Shown here: positions 51,262-60,971 of the stretch, piece after piece
Position numbering within the stretch: position 1 is the stretch's first letter
Layout of the letters: each line of letters starts with the position of its first letter
DNA from: Actinomycetota bacterium
GTDB lineage: Bacteria; Actinomycetota; Actinomycetes; S36-B12; UBA5976
DNA length: 64,000 bases
Direction: 5' to 3'
NCBI GenBank assembly: GCA_046048135.1
Contig: JBJOGR010000009.1
Location: 18,255-82,254 of the forward strand
Position numbers and translations under genes: made by a program
The notes under the pieces: model-generated
What the model saw: only the letters and a program-made list of their open reading frames with translations
Databases searched by the model: none
What the model was told of the DNA's origin: nothing

Positions 51262-53307
51262 TTGAACTGGACTGAACTAGATACCAAGTCAGCAAACACA
51301 GCTCGAGTCTTGGCAATGGATGCAGTGGAAAATGCAGGTCATGGTCATCCAGGCACTGCAATGGCTTTAGCGCCAGTTGCTCATCTTTTGTTTCAAAAAG
51401 TTATGAATCACTCCCCTAAGAATTCAGATTGGTTTGCAAGAGATCGATTTATTCTGTCTTGCGGTCACGCCAGCATGTTGCTTTATGCCCAACTGTATTT
51501 AACAGGATATGGCTTAGAAATTGAAGATTTAAAAAACTTTAGAAAACATAACAGTTTAACTCCAGGTCATCCTGAATATAGACACACAAATGGCGTAGAA
51601 ATGACCACCGGACCTTTGGGGCAGGGATTGTCATCTGCAGTTGGCATGGCAATTGCCTCAAGATACTGGAGAAATTATTTTGATCCTAAAACCTCTAAGC
51701 ATCAAAGTATTTTTGACAACTATATTTATGTGATTGCAAGCGATGGAGATTTACAAGAAGGTGTTACTTCTGAGGCTTCTAGTATTGCTGGACATTTAAA
51801 TTTGTCAAATTTAATTGTTATTTATGACGATAACAAAATTAGTATTGATGGTCAAACAAATTTAGCTTTTACTGAAGATGTAGAAAAAAGATATGAAGCT
51901 TATGGTTGGGACACTCATTGTGTTGAACTTGATTCAAGCGGAAGTGTAAATATTCAAAATCTTATTCAAGCTATAGATAAATCTAAGAAATCTGACAAAC
52001 CTAGTTTTATCAGACTTAAAACAATTATTGCCTGGCCTTCGCCAAATGCTCAAAATACTGCTGCCTCTCATGGTGCTCCACTTGGTAAAGAAGAAGTAAG
52101 TCTTACAAAAAAATCTCTTGGATTTAATTCTGAAGAAAGTTTTACAGTTTCAAAAGAAGTTTTAGACTACACAAGATCCGTTATAGAAACTGGAGAAGAA
52201 AAGTACAAGAAATGGTTAGAAGATTTCCAATCATGGTCTTTAAATAATCCAGAGTTAAGTAAAGAATTTAATCGACTTAAAAATAACGAATTACCAAGTG
52301 ATTTAGAAATTGGTTTACCTACGTTTGAAGCAGGTTCAAGTGTGGCTAGCAGAAAAAGTGGCGGGACAGTTTTGAATTACTTGTCTGAAAAATTGATTGA
52401 ATTAATCGGTGGTTCAGCAGATCTTGCAGAAAGTAATGGAGTGGCACTTAAAAATGCCGCAGTTATGCAAAAACCAGAATTAAATATTGCGAATTCTTCA
52501 ATCGGAGGAAAATATCTTCATTTTGGAATAAGAGAACATGCTATGGCATCAATTATGAATGGATTAGCTCTGTACGGTTTTGCAAGACCTTTTGGTGCAA
52601 CATTTTTAATCTTTAGCGACTACCAAAAACCTGCTATAAGACTTGCAAGTTTAATGCAATTACCAGTTATTTATGTGTGGTCACATGACTCTATTGGATT
52701 AGGTGAAGATGGTCCAACTCATCAACCAGTTGAACAATTGTGGTCGTTACGTTCGATACCTGGCTTTAATGTTGTGAGACCTTGTGATGCAAATGAAGTA
52801 AGTCAAGCATGGCTAAAAATAATAAAGGATAATAAACCTGCAGGAATTGTTTTAACACGACAAAACATTCCAACACTAGATAGAAAGATTTATTCTTCAG
52901 AAAAAGGTGTGTTAAAAGGTGCATATATTTTAAGTGATGCTAAAAATAATAAACCTGAACTGATTCTTATAGCCACAGGTTCTGAAGTTCAATTAGCAAT
53001 AGATGCTCAAATCCAACTTGAAGATTCTCAAATTTCAACAAGAGTTGTATCTATGCCATGTGTGGAATGGTTTTTAGATCAAGACAAAAAATACCAAGAT
53101 GAAGTACTTCCAGAAATGATTAAAAATAGAATCGCTATTGAGGCAGGTTCAACAGTTGGTTGGTATCGATTTGTTGGATCTGCTGGTGAAGTAATTGGAC
53201 TTGATCAATATGGAGCAAGCTCAAAACCAGATATTTTGTTTAAAGAATATGGAATATCTGTTGAAAATATCGTTGCAACTGCAAAAAAGTTAATTAATAA
53301 AAATTAA
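51262..53307 (+). CDS. tkt: Transketolase
   Basis: GHPG, RDRFILS.GH, TPGHPE, TTGPLGQG, SDGD..EG, GEDGPTHQP. Probable TTG start at 51262 (SD AAGGA); the track's GTG at 51184 adds 26 non-conserved residues. Confidence 0.95.
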   Translation: MNWTELDTKSANTARVLAMDAVENAGHGHPGTAMALAPVAHLLFQKVMNHSPKNSDWFARDRFILSCGHASMLLYAQLYLTGYGLEIEDLKNFRKHNSLTPGHPEYRHTNGVEMTTGPLGQGLSSAVGMAIASRYWRNYFDPKTSKHQSIFDNYIYVIASDGDLQEGVTSEASSIAGHLNLSNLIVIYDDNKISIDGQTNLAFTEDVEKRYEAYGWDTHCVELDSSGSVNIQNLIQAIDKSKKSDKPSFIRLKTIIAWPSPNAQNTAASHGAPLGKEEVSLTKKSLGFNSEESFTVSKEVLDYTRSVIETGEEKYKKWLEDFQSWSLNNPELSKEFNRLKNNELPSDLEIGLPTFEAGSSVASRKSGGTVLNYLSEKLIELIGGSADLAESNGVALKNAAVMQKPELNIANSSIGGKYLHFGIREHAMASIMNGLALYGFARPFGATFLIFSDYQKPAIRLASLMQLPVIYVWSHDSIGLGEDGPTHQPVEQLWSLRSIPGFNVVRPCDANEVSQAWLKIIKDNKPAGIVLTRQNIPTLDRKIYSSEKGVLKGAYILSDAKNNKPELILIATGSEVQLAIDAQIQLEDSQISTRVVSMPCVEWFLDQDKKYQDEVLPEMIKNRIAIEAGSTVGWYRFVGSAGEVIGLDQYGASSKPDILFKEYGISVENIVATAKKLINKN

Positions 53308-53646
53308 TTAACGATCGCCTCGTAATTTCTCAATTGCTTCAGCCAAGATTGCATCCCCGTCTTTGTCATCTCTTCTTTCTTTAACATAAGCAAGGTGAGT
53401 TTTATATGGTTCATTTTTTGTAGGTTGCGGAGGATTATCTTGATCTCTTCCTGCCGGCCAACCACATCTTGGACAATCCCATTCATCAGGAATTGGCGCA
53501 TCTACTGCAAAGGCTGGTCTACTTTCATGACCATGCGCGCAATAAAAAGATAAACGAACTCGTGGTGCTGCATCTCCGCGTTCTGCTTCACCCATTGGGC
53601 CTGCACCAACGCGACTTCCTCGAATTGCACTACCACCACTAACCAT
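53308..53646 (-). CDS. rbpA: RNA polymerase-binding protein, RbpA family (secG-linked paralog type)
   Basis: AIRGSRVGAGPMGE, C.HGH...CPRCG zinc site, KTHLAYVKERR. Confidence 0.88.
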   Translation of the reverse strand: MVSGGSAIRGSRVGAGPMGEAERGDAAPRVRLSFYCAHGHESRPAFAVDAPIPDEWDCPRCGWPAGRDQDNPPQPTKNEPYKTHLAYVKERRDDKDGDAILAEAIEKLRGDR

Positions 53647-53662
53647 TTATCTCTCCTTTTGA

Positions 53663-53902
53663 TTAAGCACTTAAAACTAAACCTAAACCAATTACACTTG
53701 CTGCCCAAATTATTGCAATCGCAATTGTAAATCTATCTAAATTTCGTTCGGCTAAAGATGATCCTCCTAATGAGGAACTAAAACCTCCACCAAATAAATC
53801 AGATAAACCACCACCACGACCTCTATGTAATAAAACTAAAAGGATTAGTAAAAGATTTGAAATAACTAAAATTATTCCTAATGTCCAACTAATTATCGTC
53901 AC
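53663..53902 (-). CDS. secG: Preprotein translocase subunit
   Basis: LLHRGRGGGLSDLFGGG, AERNLDR.T. Confidence 0.95.
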   Translation of the reverse strand: MTIISWTLGIILVISNLLLILLVLLHRGRGGGLSDLFGGGFSSSLGGSSLAERNLDRFTIAIAIIWAASVIGLGLVLSA

Positions 53903-53983
53903 AGAGATTTCTTCCTTTGATTTCTTCTAGGATAAAACAAAACGAGTGTCTTTAAATGATGGGGCATATGCGAGTCCCACAAT

Positions 53984-54769
53984 TTAAGGCTGATCTGGCC
54001 ACCTTATGATTCTTAAAAATTCTTCAGGGTCCAAAGCTGCCCCTCCAACAAGTGCTCCATCAACATCAGGTTGTTCCATGATGGCCTTGATGTTTCCTGG
54101 TTTTACAGAACCACCATAAAGAATTCTTATTTTTTCAGCAGCTTCACCCGAATAAAGTTTGGCGATTTTTTCACGAATTGATTTTGACATTTCTTGAGCA
54201 TCTTCAGGAGTAGCAACTTCGCCTGTGCCAATTGCCCAAACTGGTTCGTATGCAATAACAATTTGTGGAATGTAGTTAGCTCTAATATCTTTCAATGCAA
54301 TTTGAAGTTGATTAAGTGTGTGTTCTACTGCATTTCCAGCTTGTCTAATTTCTAAAGTTTCACCAACTGCAATCATGGGAGTTAAATCATGCTTTATGGC
54401 AGCTTTTACTTTTGAATTAACTAATTCATCTGTTTCATTATGATATGCACGTCTTTCACTATGGCCAATTAATGCATATTTAACTTTTAATTTGTTCAAC
54501 ATAGGACCACTAATTTCACCGGTGTAGGCACCTGAATCGTGGGCACTAATGTCTTGTGCGCCATAGGTAATCCTTAAATGATCTGCATCTACCACAGTTT
54601 GAACCGATCTTAAATCAACAAATGGAGGAAAAATTACTACTTCAGTTCTTTCATAGTCTGCATCAGTTAAAGAAAAACCTAATTTGTTTACATAAGCAAT
54701 CGACTCTAAATGATTTAAATTCATCTTCCAGTTACCAGCCATTACTGGTTTTCTAATCTCATCAGTCAT
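53984..54769 (-). CDS. tpiA: Triosephosphate isomerase
   Basis: AGNWKMN, GHSERR, AYEPVWAIGTG, YGGSV. Confidence 0.98.
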   Translation of the reverse strand: MTDEIRKPVMAGNWKMNLNHLESIAYVNKLGFSLTDADYERTEVVIFPPFVDLRSVQTVVDADHLRITYGAQDISAHDSGAYTGEISGPMLNKLKVKYALIGHSERRAYHNETDELVNSKVKAAIKHDLTPMIAVGETLEIRQAGNAVEHTLNQLQIALKDIRANYIPQIVIAYEPVWAIGTGEVATPEDAQEMSKSIREKIAKLYSGEAAEKIRILYGGSVKPGNIKAIMEQPDVDGALVGGAALDPEEFLRIIRWPDQP

Positions 54770-55978
54770 TTAAACTTCCTCCAATACTTTCAATCCAGGT
54801 AATTCCTTACCTTCTAAAAGTTCTAGTGATGCTCCGCCACCTGTTGAGATGTGATCAAATTTTGATTCATCCAGACCTAACAATCTTATGGCGGCAGCAG
54901 AATCGCCTCCCCCAACAACTGTGTATGCGCTCAATTCAGAAATCTTTTGAGCTATTTGTTTAGTTCCATTTGAAAATTCTTTCACTTCAAAAACTCCCAT
55001 TGGACCATTCCAAACCACAGTTTTGGCCTGATTTAATTTGGAACTAAATAATTCAATAGTTTTAGGTCCAATATCTAAACCTTTTTGATCACTTGGAATA
55101 TTCGAAACTTCAACAATTTTTACCTCAGTTGAACCGTCTAATTCTTTAGAAATTACTACATCTTGAGGTAAAACTATTTCTACATTTTTATCTTGCGCAA
55201 ATTTCATTAGTTGATTAACTTCATCAATCCTATCTATTTCTAACAAAGACTGACCCACTTCAAAACCTTTTGCTTTCAAAAAGGTGAAAGCCATTCCTCC
55301 ACCAATAAGTAGTAAATCGACTTTATTTAATAAGTTGTTAATCACCCCTAATTTGTCACTTACTTTTGATCCTCCCAAGACCACAACATAAGGTCTTTGC
55401 GGATTTTTAAGAACTTTGTCAAAAGCTTTTTGCTCTGCTTCAACTAATTTTCCAGGTGCACTTGGCAAAAGTCTTGCAATGTCTGTGACCGAGGCTTGTT
55501 CTCTGTGAACAACTCCAAATCCATCTATGACAAAGAAATCCGCGAATTGAGCTAATTTTTGAGCAAGTCTATTTCTTTCTGATTGGTCTTTGCTAGTTTC
55601 ATCTTTTTCGAATCTGATATTTTCTAGCATTAATATCTCACCTGGTTTTAATGAATTGATTTTATTAGCCAATTCAGGATTATTTATATCCTCAACAAAT
55701 TCAATGTTTTTATTAACTAACTGGCTCAATCTATTTGCAATTGGTTTTAAAGATAACTCAGGTTTTCTTTCTCCCTTTGGTCTTCCAAGATGTGCCAAAA
55801 TTATGATTTTGGCTTCTTTTTTGATTAATAATTCAATTGTTTCAACGCTGGCTTTTAGTCGACCATCATCAGTTATTTGCATTTGACCATTTTGATCAAC
55901 TTTTAAAGGCGCATTTAAATCAGCGCGTAGTAAAACGCGCTGATTACTTAAATCAATTTGCTCTAATTGTTTCATCAA
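54770..55978 (-). CDS. pgk: Phosphoglycerate kinase
   Basis: RADLN.P, AHLGRPKG, LGGSKVSDK, WNGPMGVFE, STGGGASL. Confidence 0.98.
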   Translation of the reverse strand: MMKQLEQIDLSNQRVLLRADLNAPLKVDQNGQMQITDDGRLKASVETIELLIKKEAKIIILAHLGRPKGERKPELSLKPIANRLSQLVNKNIEFVEDINNPELANKINSLKPGEILMLENIRFEKDETSKDQSERNRLAQKLAQFADFFVIDGFGVVHREQASVTDIARLLPSAPGKLVEAEQKAFDKVLKNPQRPYVVVLGGSKVSDKLGVINNLLNKVDLLLIGGGMAFTFLKAKGFEVGQSLLEIDRIDEVNQLMKFAQDKNVEIVLPQDVVISKELDGSTEVKIVEVSNIPSDQKGLDIGPKTIELFSSKLNQAKTVVWNGPMGVFEVKEFSNGTKQIAQKISELSAYTVVGGGDSAAAIRLLGLDESKFDHISTGGGASLELLEGKELPGLKVLEEV

Positions 55979-55981
55979 AGA

Positions 55982-57101
<1,120 letters not shown>

Positions 57102-57106
57102 TAATT

Positions 57107-58087
57107 CTACCCTTCGAGCATTTCTGGTGTGAGAGAGGCTTCTGTTGTTGGAATTCCTAATTCGGTCGCTCTTTTATCTGCCATTGCTAATAATCTTCTG
57201 ATTCTTCCAGCAATAGCATCTTTTGTAAGTGGTGGATCAGAAAGGGATCCAAGTTCTTCCAAGCTTGCTTGTTTATGTGTAATACGAAGTTGGCCTGCTG
57301 CTTTTAAGTGATCTGGAATTTCATCACCAAGAATTTCCATTGCCCTTAAGACTCTTGCCCCGGCTGCAACTGCTGCTTGAGCACTTCTTCTTAAATTGGC
57401 ATCATCAAAGTTTGCTAATCGATTTGCAGTTGCTCTAACTTCTCGTCGCATTCTTCTTTCTTCCCAAGCAATAACTGCATCATGTGCACCAAGTCGAGTA
57501 AGAAGTGAACCGATGGCATCGCCATCTCTAATGACAACTCGATCTACTCCTCTTACTTCTCTTGCTTTTGCTACAACATCCAATCTTCGTGCAGCACCAA
57601 CTAAAGCTAAAGCAGCTTCAGGTCCGGGTGCAGTTATTTCTAAAGCACTTGATCTTCCAGGTTCAGTTAGAGAACCATGTGCAAGAAATGCACCGCGCCA
57701 TGCAGATTCAGCATCACAAATTCCACCGCCAACAACTGAAGGTGGCAAACCTCTAATTGGTCTTCCTGCAGCATCTATTAATCCAGTTTGTTTTGCTAAT
57801 ACATCTCCACCCTGAACGACTCTGACAACGTAACGAGCACCTTTTCTAATTCCAGAACCTTGCAATACAGACATTTCTGCATCATGTCCATATAGTTCTA
57901 TGATGTCTTTTCTTAATCTTCTAGCGATTTGACCTGCATCTAGTTCTGCTTCGACCACTATTTGGCCTGCTACCAAATGAAGTCCCCCTGCAAATCGCAA
58001 TAAAGCGGAAACTTCAGCTTTTCTACAACAACTTTTATTTAATTCAACTCTTGCTAATTCATCTTTTACTGCCGCAGTCATTGCCAT
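57107..58087 (-). CDS. whiA: Cell division/sporulation DNA-binding protein WhiA
   Basis: [60 protein letters not shown]. Confidence 0.98.
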   Translation of the reverse strand: MAMTAAVKDELARVELNKSCCRKAEVSALLRFAGGLHLVAGQIVVEAELDAGQIARRLRKDIIELYGHDAEMSVLQGSGIRKGARYVVRVVQGGDVLAKQTGLIDAAGRPIRGLPPSVVGGGICDAESAWRGAFLAHGSLTEPGRSSALEITAPGPEAALALVGAARRLDVVAKAREVRGVDRVVIRDGDAIGSLLTRLGAHDAVIAWEERRMRREVRATANRLANFDDANLRRSAQAAVAAGARVLRAMEILGDEIPDHLKAAGQLRITHKQASLEELGSLSDPPLTKDAIAGRIRRLLAMADKRATELGIPTTEASLTPEMLEG

Positions 58088-58094
58088 ATCTAAT

Positions 58095-58186
58095 ATCTTT
58101 ACATAAGTTAACCGGCGTGTCAGATTGTTTTTAAAAAACTTTGATTTTGTAACTTAAATCATGTCACACGAGTAACATGGGTAACT
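58095..58186 (-). promoter_or_regulatory. whiA control region with GACAC box and 20-bp palindrome
   Basis: The minus strand has CTGACA-17-AAAGAT, then 7 nt to the ATG; GACACGCCG at 58121-58113; palindrome CATGTCAC-ACGA-GTAACATG at 58160-58179. Confidence 0.55.
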
Positions 58187-58187
58187 T

Positions 58188-59045
58188 TTATTCTTTACCT
58201 AAATCTCTGTGCACTACTCTAACTTTGGCACCGTGTTTAGTTAAATTTTTAGAAACTTCTTCACTTAAGCAAACACTTCTATGTTTTCCACCGGTACAGC
58301 CGATAGCTACTGTGACATATCTTTTACCTTCGCGAATATATCCTGCTTTTGTGTGATTTATTAGTTGAACTATGTTTTCGCCGAATTCCATAGCGCCTTC
58401 TTGTTTTAAGACAAAATCTTTTACTGGCTGATCTAAACCGGTTAATTTTTTAAGCTCTTCTTTCCAAAATGGATTAAATAAAAATCTTGCGTCAAAAACA
58501 AAATCTGCGTCTATTGGAATTCCATATTTATATCCAAAAGATAAAACTGTGACTTGAAAGGCTTCAACATCACTTTCAAAAGTTTTTTCAATAATTGTTC
58601 TAAGTCCAGGTGTAGACATATCCGATGTGTCAATCACAACATCGGCATTTGCTCTTAAATCACCAAGTAATTCTCGTTCTTTTTGTAAACCATCTAAAAC
58701 TCTTCCTTCTGCTTGTAAAGGATGTGGCCTTCTACTGCCTTCAAATCTTCTAACTAGAGCAAGATCTGAAGCATCTAAAAATAAAAACCTTATTTGCCAA
58801 TCTTCTTTTCTAACCTTCTCAAGCGAATTATTCAAAGTTGAAAATAATTTTCCACCACGTACATCAACAACTACTGCAATGTGACTTGCTACCCCTTGGC
58901 TTTGAACATCTTTTAAAGCATCTAATAGAACAGATGGCGGTAAATTATCAATTACAAACCAGCCTAAATCTTCTAAAGCTTTAGCTGCAGTTGATCTTCC
59001 GGCACCAGACATTCCGGTGACAATTAAAACTTCTGGTTTGTTCAT
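58188..59045 (-). CDS. rapZ: RNase adapter RapZ/YvcJ P-loop protein
   Basis: TGMSGAGRST, DNLPP, RRPHPL, SFGYKYG, GCTGGKHRSV. Confidence 0.96.
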   Translation of the reverse strand: MNKPEVLIVTGMSGAGRSTAAKALEDLGWFVIDNLPPSVLLDALKDVQSQGVASHIAVVVDVRGGKLFSTLNNSLEKVRKEDWQIRFLFLDASDLALVRRFEGSRRPHPLQAEGRVLDGLQKERELLGDLRANADVVIDTSDMSTPGLRTIIEKTFESDVEAFQVTVLSFGYKYGIPIDADFVFDARFLFNPFWKEELKKLTGLDQPVKDFVLKQEGAMEFGENIVQLINHTKAGYIREGKRYVTVAIGCTGGKHRSVCLSEEVSKNLTKHGAKVRVVHRDLGKE

Positions 59046-59070
59046 GTTCTTAGTCTGCCCTATCTTTCAA

Positions 59071-60969
59071 TCACGACAAAATTTCGCCTGTTTCAACATC
59101 GAATTTAGGTATCTCATCTTGTATACCTTCTAAAATCGCTGTTGCTAGTTTTTCTGTAAAGCCTGGATTTTGAGCCAACTCTTTAACATCTAATTTTCTA
59201 ATTTTTGAGACTGATCCATACTTATCCAGTAAGAATTTAATCTTTTTTTCACCTAGTCCCGGTATTGCATCTAACTCACTTGCCAAAGACTTTTTGGAAT
59301 GACGTTGTCTTGTTTTAGTTATAGCGAAGCGATGAGCCTCATCTCTTATTCGTTGAACTAAAAACAACGCTTCACTATTTCTAGGCAAAATTATGGGATC
59401 TTTTGCTCCAGGCTTCCATAATTCTTCTAATCTTTTAGCAATACCTACAGTTTCAATTTCAGACAAACCTAATTCATCTAAAGCATTACGCGCTGCATTA
59501 ACTTGAGCAATTCCTCCATCAATCAAAACTAAACTTGGGCGATATGCAAAACTTTTCTTGTTACCTTCATTTGGATCTTCTCCATCAACCAAGTATCTAT
59601 ATCTTCTACTCACAACTTCAGCTATCGCTCGAGGATCGTCTTGGCCTTCAAAGGATTTAATGTTGAAAGTCCGATAATGCTTTTTTTGCGCAATGCCATC
59701 TTCAAATACAACTAGAGAAGCCGTTGTGCTTGTGCCTGCCATATTTGAAATATCAATGCATTCAATTCTTAATGGTGCTTGTTCTAATTCGAGTGATTCG
59801 GCAAGTTCCTCGAGAGCTTTTGTTCGTGATAATAAATCGGCTGATCTCTTTAATTTATGGCTAATGAGATTTTGTTCAGCATTTTTCTCACTAGTCTCCA
59901 TTAACTTTTTCTTATCCCCTCTTTGAGGTTTTCTTATGTCAACATTCTTTTTTGCGTTTTCTGAAATCCACTTGGTTACATTTTCCAAATTTGAAAGATC
60001 CAGATTAACTAAAATCTCTCTTGGAATAGCATCTCCTTCTAATTCACCATAAATTTGAGTTAACAAATCTTCGAAATGATCTGGTAATTCTTTATGATCA
60101 ATGCGATCTGACACAAAAGATCTTTCACCTTTAATTTGACCTTGTCTGACATGGAAAATTTGTATCGATAAATGTAATTCATCTGCAGCAAGTGCGATTA
60201 AGTCAGCATCTGTCTCATCATCAAAAACGATTGCATTTAACTCAACAACTTTGTTTAGCGCTTCTAATCGATCTCGATAACGTGCTGCTTTTTCGTACTC
60301 TTCATTCTGACTTGCTTTCAACATTTCCTGATTCAAATCATTGAATATTGATTTGGTATTACCATTTAAAAAGTTAAGTACATTTGCAACTATTTTTGAA
60401 TATTCTTCTTGGTCTACTCTTGCCACACAAGGAGCTGCACATCTTTCTATATCTCCTAAAAGACAAGGTCTCTTCATTAATTGATGTCTTCTAAACACAC
60501 TATCTTTACAGGAACGAATGGGAAAAACTTTTATAATTTGTTCCATAGTTTGTCTAATTGCCCAAACGTGAGTAAATGGCCCGTAATATTTATTGCCTTT
60601 TTTCTTAGCTCCTCTGGTTACTGCAATTTGAGGAAATTCTTCTTTTAAAGTTAAAGTTAAATAAGGATAAGTTTTGTTATCCCTAAAACGAACATTAAAT
60701 CTTGGGTTAAAAGCTTTGATCCAAGTAAATTCGAGTTGGAGTGCTTCTACTTCATTATGAACTGTTACCCAGTCAACTTTTGCTGCAGTTTTGACCATCA
60801 TGGCAGTTCTTGGATGTAAATTTGTTATGTCTGTGAAGTAACTATTTAGTCTATTTTTTAAATTTTTTGCTTTACCAACATAAATAACAGAATCATCTTG
60901 AGTTCTAAAACGATAAACTCCTGGTAGTTCAGGAACATTCTTTGGTCGATAAAGAGAAGGATCAACCAT
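59071..60969 (-). CDS. uvrC: Excinuclease ABC subunit C
   Basis: GIY-YIG PGVYRF..IYVGKAKNL, RIECIDIS, DGG..Q, RDEAHRFAI, HhH. Confidence 0.98.
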   Translation of the reverse strand: MVDPSLYRPKNVPELPGVYRFRTQDDSVIYVGKAKNLKNRLNSYFTDITNLHPRTAMMVKTAAKVDWVTVHNEVEALQLEFTWIKAFNPRFNVRFRDNKTYPYLTLTLKEEFPQIAVTRGAKKKGNKYYGPFTHVWAIRQTMEQIIKVFPIRSCKDSVFRRHQLMKRPCLLGDIERCAAPCVARVDQEEYSKIVANVLNFLNGNTKSIFNDLNQEMLKASQNEEYEKAARYRDRLEALNKVVELNAIVFDDETDADLIALAADELHLSIQIFHVRQGQIKGERSFVSDRIDHKELPDHFEDLLTQIYGELEGDAIPREILVNLDLSNLENVTKWISENAKKNVDIRKPQRGDKKKLMETSEKNAEQNLISHKLKRSADLLSRTKALEELAESLELEQAPLRIECIDISNMAGTSTTASLVVFEDGIAQKKHYRTFNIKSFEGQDDPRAIAEVVSRRYRYLVDGEDPNEGNKKSFAYRPSLVLIDGGIAQVNAARNALDELGLSEIETVGIAKRLEELWKPGAKDPIILPRNSEALFLVQRIRDEAHRFAITKTRQRHSKKSLASELDAIPGLGEKKIKFLLDKYGSVSKIRKLDVKELAQNPGFTEKLATAILEGIQDEIPKFDVETGEILS

Positions 60970-60971
60970 TA

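Noticed and set aside
53959-53982. Hairpin between tpiA and secG as a terminator or ncRNA
   Set aside because: Short imperfect stem without a clear U-tract; insufficient support.
58162-58175. Palindrome upstream of whiA as a BldD box
   Set aside because: The TNAC/GTNA half-sites are 4 bp apart here, versus 5 in the BldD consensus as I recall it.
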